From Raillietiella orientalis (Eukaryota), in contig JAYWIR010000041.1 of NCBI GenBank assembly GCA_036172245.1, positions 1,178,001 to 1,242,000 on the forward strand: DNA of 64,000 nt, written 5' to 3'. A model generated the notes under the pieces. It was not told where the DNA came from. It did no database searches and worked only from the letters and a program-made list of their open reading frames with translations. Made by a program: the position numbers and the translations under genes. The stretch's first letter is position 1; each line of letters starts with the position of its first letter. This document shows positions 48,560 to 61,999 of this stretch, in pieces.

Positions 48560-49240
48560 TCGCTTTGCAAGTTTCTGATCACGGGGCGTTGACATCTTCT
48601 CTGGCTCACTGGTCACTACAGCTACGCACAGAGATGCAGGGAGACAGGCACTTTTGCGCCGCAACAGCGCACGCATTGGATTTCTGCGCAGCCACTGTTG
48701 CGCTCGCACGAACGCCTCAACGAGGATCTCTCCAGTACGACGTTTGGCTCGCGAAGAGTGTAAAGAGTCCCTTTTATACAAAAGAGCTATCTGGAGCAGA
48801 CTTCCCACCTTGGAAGGTGCCAGATTTCCTTGACGCAAGCCTTCCTGATCTGCCATCATACCGGAAGTACCGTGCGATCGGAACGCGACAGCACTCATTG
48901 ATGTGCTCGATGGCCAAACGACACTTTCCCTTCTTCTAACGGCCCTCCTCCATCGGACCATGGACCTTTGTTCCGCGGTTTTCGAAGAGGTTTCTTTGTT
49001 GCTGTTGCTGCTATTCCCATTCTTCGCAGAGGATGGTGGACAGGAGGAGGCGGTCGGTCCACCTGTATCATCTGCAGCCCCCCTGCTTTTTGATGGCGCA
49101 AGGAGCTACTGCCGCATCACGAGGGAAGCGCAAAATTCCCTCCCTGCTCTCTCCTTGCATTTCCAGAGTCCCACTTTCCATTTCGCTGCCGTGAGCCATC
49201 GCTCGGGGGAGATTATGCGTGAATCGCAGGGGAACGCTCG
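48560..49240 (-). mobile_element. Non-LTR (RTE-like) RT relic
   Basis: KQGGCR*YRWTD (Q.GFR.GRST.D), GTSG...EGLRQGNLAPS (GLRQG..LSP), ILVEAFV (LAFADD-like). Confidence 0.55.
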
Positions 49241-50499
49241 AGGAGTGATCTCTCAATGAGCCGTTCGTCTGCTCTATTTATCATGCAGCCAGCTCTCGTG
49301 AACATTGGAAGGAGACGCAATCTGTCATCGGTCCTGATTATTGCCGAAATGGAGGAAACCCCTCCGTGCAGAGGGGCACCGCTGCCCGCGCACCCGCCCG
49401 CTCGCTAACAGCGAACGCCGAGGAGGGGCCGCGAAGGATCCTCGCGCTTGCCAAAACACGGGAAAGAAGGGAAGGGGGGGGACGAGAGGAATTCTCTTCC
49501 AGACAGTTCATTCTTCCCCGTGCCCTGCACGCGGAGAGTCAAACAGTCGCAGCTTCCTTGTCTGTCGTCAGATGGGTGAGACCGGTTCCAAAAATACATC
49601 CCCTTCATGTTCCGAGGCGCCGTTTTCTCCGAGGAGCGGGAGGGCGTTTCCCGTGCGGCGGCGCTTTCCCTCCGCCGACGTCCCCGGGCGAGCTTTTTCG
49701 GGAAGAGCAGCGCGCCCGGTCTGTTAGTTTGGACCATGGGAGGTGGAACTCTGACCATAGTCCATACCATGCACGACGCGTGGAACTCCCCGCGTTGGCG
49801 ACCGAGCTAACGGGCGCAGAGAGCTGAACCGAGGGCGTCTGCACCGAGTCAGGAGGGACGATCTCAAATCGAAGCCTCATCGGTGACTACAAGTGTCCAG
49901 CTGCACCCAGTCGCATACAATGAGACATCCTCCCCGTCGCGGGAAGATCGCTGCCGAGGAAACTGAGAAGAGCCTCGCTTTCATTTTCATTTTCCGGAAA
50001 AACATGTAGATAGGGCCGCGAGGCCTGGTCAGGTCACCTCTGCGTGGGAGGCAGCATTCTGCGGAGCGCTGCTTCGCAACGCACGAGGAGCAGACGCGGT
50101 GTTTTCAATCCAAGACGCTGCCAAAAAGCTTAGATGCAGTTGCCATGTCTTTTTAATGAACCCATTAGTACCAGCTGACAGAGTAAGGATGCAGCGCAGG
50201 AGATATTTCATCCCCTCCCCTTTGCCGTCCCACACCTCTCCTCCCTCCCTTCCAGCACTAGCGGGGAATCAAAGATAGATCTTCCGACCGTGTTTCCAGG
50301 ACACCGAAAGCACTCCGGATGCTGCTCTCTGGCCTCCCAAGTCGAAGGCTCCTCCGGGCTGCAAAACAAATGAATCACCGCGTGCGGCGACAGCAGCACT
50401 CCGATCGATCCAGGGTCCCCGTGGAGAAAGGTCCGAGCGAGCGCATCAGCGGCGGAGCCCTCCCCGGTTCGGAGACTTCGTCCTGAAGACTTCGGGGAC

Positions 50500-51037
50500 C
50501 GCACAGCCCAACCCGCAACCGGACAGCCACTTCTGGGAACGCGACCGCAGCAACTTCCAGAGGCATCTCCAGGGACTCTTTACGACTCCTCCTCCTACGC
50601 GACGCACTTCAGCTGGCAGTCTCTCCAGGAGCTCTCTGCTGCCTACACGGGATCGTCGCTGCCTGGAGCGACGCAAGAGGACCTAACGACAGGGGTGCCA
50701 CATTCACTTCGCCTTTCGATTCATGAGACTGGCGACGAGATGGCCCCATCTTAAGAACAGAAGCATACAGAGAAAACTTGCCGGAATCTCCGAAAGGATG
50801 CAGAGAACCGCTCCCAGCGGGATGTGACCCTTTCCAGCATCCCCCAAATTTGTTTTTTTTTTCTTTTTGTTTTTCCCCTCCCGGGGTCTGCTGGTGTGGC
50901 GGACCTCACCGGTCTGCGTACCGGCAACCTAACAAGCTCCCATTAAATTGCACGTGGTTGGACCGTTGGTCCAGCCACAGAGACTATGATTGTTTATTTT
51001 TTGTACCTGGAATAAATGCCCCGGTGTACCCGAGTGA
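50500..51037 (+). mobile_element. Family X copy 4: ORF2 C-terminus, 3' UTR and terminal hairpin
   Basis: RDALQ..GALCCLHGIVAAWSDA (~50600-50675), FRFMRLATRWPHL...KLAGISERM, TGA at 50825, T-rich tract, hairpin at 50909-50924, AATAAA at 51011, CCCGG-TGTAC-CCGAG-TGA at 51020-51037. Confidence 0.85.
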
Positions 51038-51749
51038 TAACAGTCGGACGGCTGTGCGGAAGACAAGTGAACTGGTCTCCGCGCGGGGTGAGCACGCCTC
51101 CTGCCATCCCTTCCCTTGCCGTTCCCAACAAGTAGACGAAGAGGGGGAGTCGCGCGCGAATGCACCTAGCGCGGCCCGCAAGCAGGTGCGGCCTGAGTTC
51201 GATTTCCTGCCCTCCAGGGAGTTTGCCGCGCCTCCGCCTTGGCCGGAAGGCTCCCGGGACACGCCTCGGGCGTTACGCGGTTTGCTCGATCGGGTCAGTT
51301 GCCCCTTCAGAATTCCTTCGCGGGACGGGACGCTACCCGTGACCTCAGCTCCAGCCGTGTGGTGCCTGGGTTCCTGGCTCGCAAGGGCAACGCTCCAAGG
51401 TCAGCGCCAGTCGGTCGCCACACCCACCCTTGGCTCCGGATTCGGCTTTCGATTTTCTGTTCTCGCCGCGCGTTCGACGGGCGCCGCGTGCATCATCGCG
51501 CCCTCGACGAGACAACATGCAGCGATCCCCTTATGGTTTGTCCAGGAACCGATCTCGGAGGCCCTGGTCCTGACGAGCAGATCGGAGACAGGAGGAGGAG
51601 CAAATGAGGGAAGAGAGAACTCTGTCCAGATGACACACGTGCAGGTCAGCTTTCCGCATTCCCCGCAGATAGTCTTTTCATTCTTCGCTCGCGAAATCGA
51701 ATCTGCTCCGTCGGCTGGAGGCTCAGGTTTAGACCACACACGCGTCTCC

Positions 51750-52330
51750 TAAACGCTCCATGCGTTTCGGTGGAAGCTGCATCCTGGGGACCGGGAGATG
51801 CCACAGATCGCCAGAGCTCCATGGAATGCAGTGGGATCCTTTCTGTCATCTTCTTCAGCCTCCCCCCCTCAACCCATTCTGCTGTTTCGCACTCCCCCAT
51901 GACCCACCCGATCCTCCTTAGCCTAGGGGCTTCCTCCAGCACGCTCTCCCGACGACTGAGGTTCTTCAGCGTGCTCTCAGCACGGTCACCCATCGGGTGC
52001 TTCCAGTGTCCATCCCAGGAATGATTCTCCGGGGAATGCATAGCAAAGCCCGGATTAGCTGCCGGGCAATCGCAACGGTGTCCTTGGAAAGCTCCTCCCG
52101 GTTCATCCCGTCCTGTGGAGAGTCCCTGAATCGATGGCCCATCCAATGCTCCCGGGAAGGAATGAAGAGTGTTTCTGGGGATCGCTTGGTTGGTAACCTC
52201 TCCCCTCACTTCCGTTGCTTCGAGACCGCGTCGCACGCTCAGAGGGCGCCGCTCTGGAGGGGAGGAGCACCGATAGTGCGCCCCGGTACCTGCCCATCTC
52301 TGTCTTTCCCTAGCATCTCCCACAACCGAT
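51750..52330 (-). mobile_element. Ty3/Gypsy RT relic
   Basis: LSVRRGL (LDL..GY), NTLHSFPG (KTAF.T..G), GRDEPGGAFQ (GL.NAP..FQ), STLKNL...RLRRIG (EHL..L...RLR..G), SPGPQD (PDP.K). Confidence 0.5.
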
Positions 52331-52439
52331 GGGCAGGTTGCGTCGAGTGGGATGGCACGGCCCTCGATTTGCAGCAGCAGTCCGGCTAGAGACGGCAGCC
52401 CGTCCCGGGAATGGGGCTATCGGAGGTCGCAGTTCAGTT

Positions 52440-55300
52440 TTCGTTGATCAAACGTTCTAGACGGCCTTGGAAGGCTGGATGGTCCGCACCGCCATCTTTT
52501 GCCCCCCCCCCCTCCCCCGATGTGCTGGTCCGCCTGCAGCATTCCCAGTTCTCTCGTCACCACGTCCTTCTCCGGACCGCCCGAGGTCCCCAAGCGCGCC
52601 GCAGGCAACGCGCCTGCCGCTGCGGGGGCGCCCTCGCGCAGGCCAAACTCTGCGCCCATCTCCTTTTTCCGGCTCGCCCCGTCTTCCGCCACTGCCGGCT
52701 GCTCGTGCAGCCGGCAGACGCCCAGGTTCGCCTCTCCTCTGTCGCCGTGGGGCATGGCCGACCAGTCGAGTCCACCTTTTGGATCGACCGACTCCATCGA
52801 GGTCGCCAAGTCCCTCCTCTCCTTCCCCCACATGTCCTGCTCGACGGCGATCCCCACCGACGACCCGTGTGTCGATGGTCGTGGTGATGGTCTCCCCACT
52901 GGCAAGAGGCGCTCGGGACGCGTCACGGAGGTTCCTCTGACAGGACGCGCGCCCAGCACGCGAGGCGAAGGGTCGAGCCGACTGGTGGTCATTGCTACCG
53001 CTCGACCTGACAGCTCCCCCGCCCGACTGTGGTCTTCCGGATGGTGGCGGACTCACGAAGACCACTTGGTCATTCGCGCTCCGTCCGCCGGGCTGAAGCG
53101 GGCAGCTTCCCTCGACCGTTTCGCTCTCCGGGAAGGCCTTTCCCAGCGTGACGGAGGAAAAGAGGGAACCCTCGGAGGACGGTAGCGGGTGCGCGTTCGA
53201 GGGGGGTTCGGGGACCGCGGATTGAAGGCGCACGCAATGGACGGTCGGCGCTGCCTTCCTCAGGTGGGGCTCGCCTCGGGGTACCGTGCCGGTGTGGGGA
53301 GCTTTGGCGCAGCTCTCAACGGTGGCGCTACGATGCGACCGTGTCCTTCCTCGTGAGGCGACCCCGAGTCGGGGGCCTCACTCGCTCGCACGCGAAGGCG
53401 ACCGGGAGGCGTGCCCATAGCCAGAGTCCGCCTGGCGTCCTTCCCACGGGAATGCGGCCTGACGCTGATATCCGCAGTGGGGAATTTTACTTCGGGCGAT
53501 GGGTCCTCCCGGGTGGGGTGGCTGTTCCTCCGCAACGCTGGGAGCCCCGTGCTTCCCTGCGCTGACTCTTCCTGCCGGGACTTCGCGCATCTCGGGAGTA
53601 ACCGGGCTCCCGGGTGCTGGATCCCGCCGGCTTGCGGGTGGGAGCGGCCCGTCGTTTGTGGGAGGGGCTGCAGCGGGCAGGATGGGCACGGCTAGTGGAT
53701 GCGTTCGCCTCCTCCCATCCGCGTCCCTTGCGGGCCGGATGTGGCTGCTGCCCACGCCCCCCTCATCGCTTTTTGAGCGGAAGCGGAAGAAGGGATGCGT
53801 GGAGCGGCCCTCTGGGAGGGTTTCCAGGCGAGAAGCGAACTTGCCCACGGGCAGATGCCCTCTTTCGGGGACGCGAGGGCAGGTCCTCGGTGGCGGACTC
53901 CCGTTGCCCCTTCTCCCGGATCGGCAGTCCATTCGTTGCAATTGGGGAAGTCCGAGAACGGGCGGGAAGAGCGATGAGGTGGCAGGTCCGCTTTTGTTCC
54001 ACGGTCCGAGCCCATCGGCAGCGCTCCCGGCCTCCTGCCCGGGTGCTCTCCAGGCGTGCCCATCTGGTCGCTCATGTGGGGTCCGTCAACGCGCTTCCAG
54101 GGCTCCGCTTCCACGTGGCGGGATGTCCCTCTCCGTAGGCAGGAGGTTGCTTCCTGACCGCGACCTCAAGCTACCCGAAACGCTCCTGCGGGCCGCTTCT
54201 CTCCTCCGGCGGGGTGCGTGTCCGCACGCAGCTTCGCGTTCCGCGGCCGCCAGCCTCGAATGGCGCTCCCGCTCTTTTTGCTGGCCCGACGGCCAGCTGA
54301 TGCTTCGGTCGTGGGCGCCAGGCGCGGTTCCGGCGGCGCGTCCGGTAGCTCCTTCCGCCGTGCGCGGCGCGGCTGAGTCTTCGGACGGAGGTGGTCGCAG
54401 GGCTCGTTTCCTCGCGCCCACAGTGAGGTGCGTCGTCGTGTCGGCAGGAACGTGTCTCTGAGTGCTCGGGGGTGCACGACAGCGCGTGCGGAGCGGGTGA
54501 AGGGAGGGAAGGGGCCGGACTGGCGGTGGAGGACGGTGGTCGCAGCGTCGTCTCCCCGCCCATCCTTGGGCAAGCGCCGTAGCAGAAGGGGGAGGAGACA
54601 CTTCTTTCACGGTGGGCGACCTCCTTTTTTTTTTTCCTTGTCTTTTCCCGACGAGTGGCTCTGCCATCGTGCAGCCAGCATCGTGCTGCGATGCGTAGCG
54701 ACGCGGGGCACCGAGACGGTGCGTTGCAATGCTGGCTTTCCGGGATTTCCCCGGCAACGCACGGAAAGGAGGGAAGTCTGCGAACGAAAGCAAAAGTCTC
54801 GGGTGAAATTTGCGCTGCTTAGGGAGAGCGTCAGTGTGCAGACGCCTCGGGTGGGGCGGGTGTTTCCGGTGTGTCCTTTTTCCGGAAGGGAAAAAGAAGG
54901 TCTTCTTCCTGGAATGTTCGTTCGGTACGCGGTCGTGTGGGGAGGGGTGGGGAGGCGCCTTTCCGGGAGAGGCGGGGGGCTCCCACGTCTGCAGCCGGTC
55001 TCGAAGGTGTGGGGACGCTACGGCACGATGGTGAGGTGTGCACCGCCCAGGGGAAGGTGCGGGCGTTCCCCGAGGTGAGGGCGGGCGGGTGCTACCCCGA
55101 GGGCACCTGCTCGGGGTTCCCCGTAGCCGCCGGCGGCGGGTCTTCAGAAGAAGAGCGGGTGCGAGTCTCCCAGCAGGCCGGTGCCAGAAGGGGCGGACCG
55201 CTGCGCGCTTTCGTCCGTCGCCCGGGCACGACGCGGGAGGGGTCGTCGGTGAACCCTCGTGGGCGGTGCACGCCGCCCGAGGGCGCGTCTCTCCACGGGA
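52440..55300 (+). mobile_element. Near full-span but degenerate L1/Tx1-like ORF2 (EN-RT-zinc finger), GC-rich
   Basis: SPDVLVRLQ, CRLLV, VLLDGDPH (EN); SGEFY; LGSNRAPG (NKAPG, domain 0); GRMWLLP; SVNA..F; RARFLAPTV (KYLG-like); WRWRTVV; LRAFVRRP (HAF..CP-like, ~55205). Confidence 0.7.
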
Positions 55301-55799
55301 CGGCTGGAGCGGGAGCCCGTCGGATGTTGGGGATGAAGGCGAGCAGCAGGAGGCAGGCGCTTCCTTCCGAGAAGAAGAGGGAGACGATGGGGCGGGTGGA
55401 TGGGTGGGTGGGGCGAGGAACGGTCATTCTGCTTCCCTGCCGGCTACGCTCTCTAGATCGCGCGTGCCAGGCGTCGTTTCCTTGAGAGCTGCTGTTCTCG
55501 GCTGTTGGCTCTTGGAGAGACCCTTGATGTCCAGCACAGGCGGCATCAGCGCCGTCTCCCAGTCCCCGGCATGTGAGCGTCCCGACAGATAATGGAAGCC
55601 GTTGCTTTCGCGGGAACGGTGGTCAGGGAAGAGCGACGTCAGGTCTGCCCCAGTGTGACCCGCGGCTGCCCTCGTCTTTTGGACTAGCAAGAGGAGTCAT
55701 CAGAACGTGACCGCGAACTGTCTGGCCGAAACAAGCGGATAGTCGGCAGTCGGGTTGGTGACCACTGTTGCCTCGAATAGCCGAGGATCTTGAGGGCCT

Positions 55800-56530
55800 C
55801 CGGGGCGGCGGACACTGCGGGATTTCTCGGCTACGAACATCTCCAGCGCGGCTCATCGGATTGAAGGAGGGGACACGGACTGCACCAGCAGCTGCCACCC
55901 CAGCTTGGGAGATGCTGCTTCTTTCTCGACCCATACCGCAGTCCCCCAGAGGAATGCGTGCTAAGCCTTCGAGTCTCTTCCTGGTTCTGGCTGCAACCCC
56001 GAGGCTTCCTCGGTGGTATGAGGAGTGGACCCCAGAAAGAAGACTATCGAAGCGTGGACGCCGAACCTTCCGACCGAGGTGACGTTGTGGATCCTCGCAT
56101 TCAAGAGTGCGCGCCGCATATCGTACAGGCGCGCAGGTTCGACTCAGGCACAGCAGAAGACCACGCGAGTGAGGAGAAAGAGCAGAGGAAGAAGATGGGA
56201 AGCGGCAAACGAAAATTCCGAAACTTTCCTTCGTTTTCTCTGCGCAGAAAGGAATCCTCAGAAAGGATTCGATGCCATGTACTCTTGCAGACTGGTCTCC
56301 AAGCAACGCGATGAGACTCCACAAAGAACAGCAACGAACAGAAGGGTTTGCCGTGTCAGTGGAGCCATTGGCGCTGCCGAGGGCTCTTCGTGCTCTGTCA
56401 AGCACCCGAGGATCTGAAATGGGGGCAACAGAGAAGCCTCACCTTCTGGTCCACCGCCGGCTGCAGCTCGCGGAGGTGTATCCTAGGAGACCACCGCTCC
56501 AGAGCATCCGAGGATGCGGGGTCACTGAGC
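55800..56530 (+). mobile_element. L1-like RT relic
   Basis: RGMRAKPSSLFLVLAATP (RG.RQG.P.S..F.LA.EP), FLRFL. The 3' part is homologous to 11340-11480. Confidence 0.5.
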
Positions 56531-56539
56531 ACGGGCGCC

Positions 56540-57450
56540 ACCACAAACAGCGATGGCTCCCGTGCTCGGGGGAGGGGGAGTCGCTGTGCATTCTGCTGGC
56601 GGTGGTGTACCTCAGCATTAACGGAGCAGCACGAACCGGTTGCGGCCGGCGCTCTGGAGGGACGAGGCGGTTCGCGCAGGCGCCGATGTCTGCAGACGCC
56701 GCCTGACACCGTTGTGTACGCGTGGGGGGGTCCCCGAAAGGAAGAGGGCCTGCGTTGGTCGTGTCCGGCGCGTGCTCTGGTCCGTCGCCGCAGGGAGTGT
56801 GTGGTCACGCCGGGGCGTGCTGGGAGGCCGGGAGGCAGTGAGGCGGCGCCGTGGCGGAGGAATGGAGGTCCGTGGGGTTCGTTGGTGCGTAGCGGCTCGT
56901 AGGTGGCGGCGGAGCCTGGGTGCTGCGGGATGAGGAGTGTGAGGAGGGTCGCATGGTCGGTGGGCTCGCTGCATGGCAAAGGGAGAGTCGTCGGAAGGCT
57001 GCTTGCGGAGGCGTTGGGCGGGTCGCGGAGATGCAGGGGTCGCCACGCGGTCGGCACATCCAGCTGCCTGAGCGAGGTTCGCACGGCCGATCTCAGAGGT
57101 GGGGCTCTTGGAGAGAACAGCTGGTTGTCTTGATTCCGGCAGCTTCACTCCAGGGTCCGTACCAGGGGTTCCACTGCGGGAAGCGGGGGCCTGTGGGTCG
57201 TGGGTCCTCGGTTCGCGCGGAAGAGGGCAGCACCGTGAGAGGTGGTCCCGGAGGGTGTGTGGTCCTTGCCAGTGAAGCGGAGTCGTTGTGATTGGCGGAG
57301 GTCTCGTGCTGTTCGTTGGGTGTTTTGGATGCTCTGCTACTGCTCCTGGAGGCATGTCGTCGCGGGAGGGGGAAGGGGCAGCGGCTCGGCCACCCGTCGG
57401 GCATCCGAAAGGGTCGTCGCTTCCTTAGGGGTGGGGGAGCGCAAGAGCAA
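56540..57450 (+). mobile_element. Compacted L1-like EN-RT relic
   Basis: PALWRDEAV (LLW..EV), VVYA, ECVV, LVVLIP (IVLIPK), SGIRKG (G.RQG). 56620-57010 is homologous to 12730-13130. Confidence 0.5.
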
Positions 57451-59639
57451 CATCCCCGCGGGCTGCGTGCCAAGAAGACCGTGGTCCCTCTGGCCGGGTT
57501 CGAGTTCCAGAATGCGCGCAGTCCGAGGAGCCAACCTGGCTTCTTGCGCAGATGACGAATCGCCTCCGGATAATTCAGCCTTCCTCTTCCATTTTTTCCT
57601 TGCAGTATAAATCAATCGAGGCCGATGATTTATCGGTGAAATTCCGATGTGATAAATCAAGCAGCCTCTCGGAGGCACCCAGGAAGGCCGCGGAGCCGAA
57701 CAACAAGGGAGTCCTTTCGGGAATTGCACATGGGCGGGCGCCCGCCTGCCCTTAGGGGACAGTCGCGTCGATGCTACAGCCGGCAGAAGGTCCCTGAACC
57801 GGGCGAAGTGACGGTGGACTCGCGCCGTCACTGCCATCCACCTTTCCGTCCTTCCTCCTTCCCGCTGCACCTGGAGCGGTCGCCGGCATGGGGTTTATGC
57901 GACGGAGGCAGCTGACGCCATCCCTCGCTCCTCTCGTTTTCCGGCCGAAGACCGGCGTCGGCGGAGCGCCACCCGGTGAAGCGACTACCACGCCGGGCAC
58001 GCCCCCTGATTTCCTCCATCTGTCGCGTTCCTCGGATGTCCGCGCAGACCGTTCCCGCTTCCCTTCCTCTAACGAAGCGAGCCGGGAGTTCGGCTTGTCG
58101 CATCGGCGGCAAAGGGACAGTGCAGCAGCTCCCCCCATCTCCCGCTGACAAAAGGAACTAATTTGGCCGCTCGGTGGAGGAGGAAGAGGGCAGGCCGCAG
58201 GAATTCGGTATTCTAGAGGCTCTTCGGAGGCTCCAGTGGAGGTCCCGGAACGGTCTGCGGAGCGCCCCGATCGCATCCTCGGGAGGGACGGGGCCTCCGA
58301 GGCGGTGGTGAAGAGACTCCTGGTTCCTCCTTTGCTCGAGAGAGGACAGGCTAGAGGGAATTAAGAGCTCGGACCGGGTCCCCTGGGGAGGGAGCGGGCG
58401 CCGCCTCGATTGCCTTCTCGCCTGGGACGGCACCGCTCGCGCGCGCGGAGAGCTCTCGTGGGTGGTCCGCTCCCCGCGCGGAGTCTGCGCGGCGAAGGCG
58501 ACGCCAGCAGCGCGCGAGCAGCGAGTGCGCGGTGCCACCTCGCGGGGAGGAGCGAGGCGATGCGCGCGTCCCCAGCTGAAGGAGGCTCCACGCATTCACC
58601 CCGCCCACGGCCACCTCCGTGGCGAGCGCCCCCTCCCACTCACCCGCGCAAATGAGGGGGCGGCAGCGAGCCCCGTCGTCCGGCGTCTGCGCGCTAACGA
58701 GCCGCGGCTCCCCGCCCGCAGGTCACCTGCAGCGGAACGAATTGAATGCGCTCGCGGTTCCGAAACCCCCACTTAGCGGGATCCCTCACGGCGTGGGGGA
58801 ATCGACCGGCCTCGTCCGCCCGCCCGCTTCCCTAGGGAATCGCGCCCGGGTGCCATGAAGCGCCGCGAGGCGCAAAGATTCTACAGTTGGACTGCCAGCA
58901 GCCAACCGCGCCTCGATCGCGCCGAGTAGGCGCGCTCGACGCCGATGCCAGGAGAGATGCCGGCACTGTCCCTGCCGCCGGGCGGTTGCAGGGCTTGCGG
59001 CGAAGTCGGTCGCCAGTGTCCCGGCTGGATTCATCCTGCCCGGTGAAGTGGCGGCTCGCCGTCGGCCGCGGCCCAAGACACGGCGCCTCCGCGGCCGTGC
59101 CTTGGGCAAGCGGCGCGCGCGCCTTCCTCCCCTGCCGGCTCCCTCTCTCTCCCTCGTCGCTGCGGCAGGGCGCTCCCTGACCCCAGACGCCCTCATTCCC
59201 CTTTTCCCGGAGCCGCCTCCCGGGAGTCTTTCCGCCCCGCCCTCCCTCTCCTCAGCCCGCGTGTGCTTCCACCCGCTGCGGCTGAAATTGGCCTCATCCG
59301 CCACCGGCGCGGGGGTTCCAATTGCGGCCGCAATTAAGGCAGCGCTTCGCGGGTTCTTCCGGTCGCCGGCGTCGACGCGATCCCGAGGGTCTCTTCGCGA
59401 AGGCCGGCGGCCTGGCGTTCCCACACTTCCGGCGATCATTTGTTTTTTCCGGGCGGTCGGCGCAGCCTCGAAGGTCACGTGGCTGCAGGATGCGATCGCC
59501 TCCGGCGGTCCGTCCCGGTCGCGCTCAGCTTCCCGGCGCCGGAGTCCCCTACTTCCTGGAGAGTGTGCTTTGCGCACGCGGAGGGGTGCGGGGGGAGCGG
59601 AAGGGGAAGGAAAAATGAAGTGCTGGGAGACAGTTCGCT

Positions 59640-60735
59640 TCCAGCGGAGCGCGCGGCTAACTGCGTACCCTGCAGCGGGGAGAGGCCACGCGCGCTTGAC
59701 CTCCTCGTTTTACGTCCTCCAGGACACGGAACATCCGACCTCCTTGCACGGGGAGTCTCGCGAGGACCGTGACCTGCGCTGCGTTCCCTCGGGGTGCGGT
59801 GCAAGAGGGACACGGACGCTCTCTCTCCGGATTCCCCAAGAGCTGCTTACAGCCTCGGACGGCAGTTCCTGCAGAGGACGTTCCTCTATCGAACGGTGAG
59901 CCTTCCTACTTTGCGCGTTCCTGAGGCTAGAGGTTTGAGTGGCTGCCGTCTCCACTAGTGATGTCTTCCGGCAAACAGCATCAGCGACCGAATGCTCCCT
60001 CATTAGAGCAAGGAGGGTGTCCTTCCTCGAGGAGGGCGCTGTCATTTTTTTGGGGCGCGCCAAGTGCTGAAGAACCGTTCGCCTGGAGCTCAAGTTCTTT
60101 AGCGCCGTCCAGCCATCCGTGGGTGCATGTAACTCTTCAATTTATAGGGGATGACCCCGGAGGGACCACCCTATGAATCCAGGAAGGCTCCAGAGGAAGG
60201 AGTCCATTCCTCTCATGCTTGGGAGGGAACCCTTGTCCTGGTTGTCTCCGAAGGGAACCTCTTACTTTTCTCTCTGGAGGGACCTCCCGAAGGGAGCCGC
60301 TCCTTATATTCTCCTCCTCTGAAGAGAGCTCCGAAGGGACGCTTCCCAATTTCTCTGGAGAGCGCTCCCCGATGGGAACAGCGCGCTTCTTGCACTCTGG
60401 AGAGGCATCAATCAACCAGCTCCATGGTACTCAACGGAGGTCCCCTCCCCTCAGGAGGGAGGACGGCCCTATCTCTCAACAGGAAGAGAGCCCCGTAGGG
60501 AACCGGCTCCTTGGTGCTCTGGGAGGATCCCGGAGGGTCAATTTTTAATCCTGGCATCGTGTTTCCACCAGTCCCTCATCCGAAGTCCAGAAGTCAGCCA
60601 GCGCTATCTTGCAGGAGGAACTCGAACTCCACGACGCATCCATTCCTCGGCATCGACCCTTCCCCGGGTGGGATTCGAACCCGCAACGCTTTGCACCACG
60701 CGTGGAGACCGCAGCCACACCACGGACTCCAACAC
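59640..60735 (-). mobile_element. Ty3/Gypsy protease-RT relic, copy B
   Basis: MRDWWKHDARI, DSFLWSLPG, MTAPSSRK..LLAL...AVCRK, SSSWGI, VPLAP, GRMFRVL. Homologous to 46390-47600. Confidence 0.65.
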
Positions 60736-60959
60736 GCGCCATTTGGTGGCCGCCGCTGATGCTCTGTCATGTTCTCTTCCCGCGATAGTCCCGAGAGCTG
60801 GCTTCGGCGTCTCCATCTGCAATCGGAAGAGATTATCAAGTAATGAGATGACGGAGGGAAGCGGCCGACGCCTCGTTGCTAGGCAGGTTCTCTTTCCGCG
60901 GGCGCTGAAGCCTGAAACGAGCACCGTCAGGGGCCATCGATGAAGGCAGGCCTTCCAAT

Positions 60960-61290
60960 GGTCAGGATGCGGGTCAGTATGAAGCGACGGCGTCTTTCAC
61001 CCCGCTCGCCTCCGCGACGCGCTTGCGAGGACAGCTCGGTCTGGACTTCCTGCTGAAGTCCGCATTCCCGGTTCTTCCTGCTGCCGTTCGGCTTGCAGTG
61101 GTTTCGCGCTAGCCGCCGGTTCCTCAGCGTGCGATGATCCGAGCAGACCTCCGCCCTGGGCAGCTCTCCAAAGATGACTCCCTCAAGTTTGCGATGGGGG
61201 AATAAGAGCTTCCTTACGAGGAGAACAGATGGCACTGGAGCTTCCTGGTAATGGCGGCGGCTGGCCAACTAGCTCACAATCCGCCTCCAT
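60960..61290 (-). mobile_element. Ty3/Gypsy RNase H relic
   Basis: ASRR..EA...VRKLL, EVCSDHRTL (V.TDH..L), ECGLQQ, ILTR (LSR). Confidence 0.6.
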
Positions 61291-61999
61291 TTCTGTGGAC
61301 AGTTGGGGTAATCGGACAGGAGGAACTAAAGTCACGAATACATAAATATACACAAAATTCAAATACCGGACGCTCGGACGCATTAGCTACCGACTGGCTA
61401 TTTATTTAGCTGAGGAAGTTCCTGTTGGTGTTACGGCAGCTTTATTTGCCCAACGCCCAAGACACCACATCCATATTAAGTTTGCACACGAAGATTTTCA
61501 AAGAGTAGGTGCATGGAATCAAAAAAACAAACTAAAATTAGCTTGAAAAACTTGCATTTGCTTATGCAATCACGAAAAGTTGGTGAATGAGTGGAGAGAG
61601 ATTTTTTTCCCTCTCCTGTTGAGGGTTCTTCCGAACCTTCATATCTGACGCTTATTACGTCATTTTTTTGAGAACGCTTTCATGTGCCACCTTTCCTAGC
61701 CGCACATTACATTCCACGCTTACAGCCCACATGTGGAACTTAAAGTTCATAGAAAAAAAGAAAAAAATGGCTTGGCGGTTTCAGGCTGAAGACCAGCCCA
61801 TACCGAAATTCCCTTTGCTGGTTTGATACAGGAAGAAAATTTTCGTGCATCCATCATTTGCACGCAGCATGAGCGTCTCTTGAGCGCGCGTCAGTCTGTA
61901 ACCTGAACGCCAACTGGTTAGTCGTTACGCCTTCTAATAGATGACGGCAGCGACCACGGGGTTTAGATCATTATAAATCATTACCATCAATGCGTCTCT

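Noticed and set aside
60660..60735. tRNA-like head (GGGTTCGAATCCC B-box/T-arm on the minus strand; AGGTTCAAATCCC at 46440) suggesting a tRNA, SINE or tRNA-bearing LTR
   Set aside because: There is no convincing anticodon arm or full cloverleaf. The segment reads VQ.VAGSNPT.GR in both copies with several synonymous differences, just upstream of the protease-type DWW...I/DW motif and RT motifs, so it is better explained as Gypsy pol. tRNAscan-SE would settle it.
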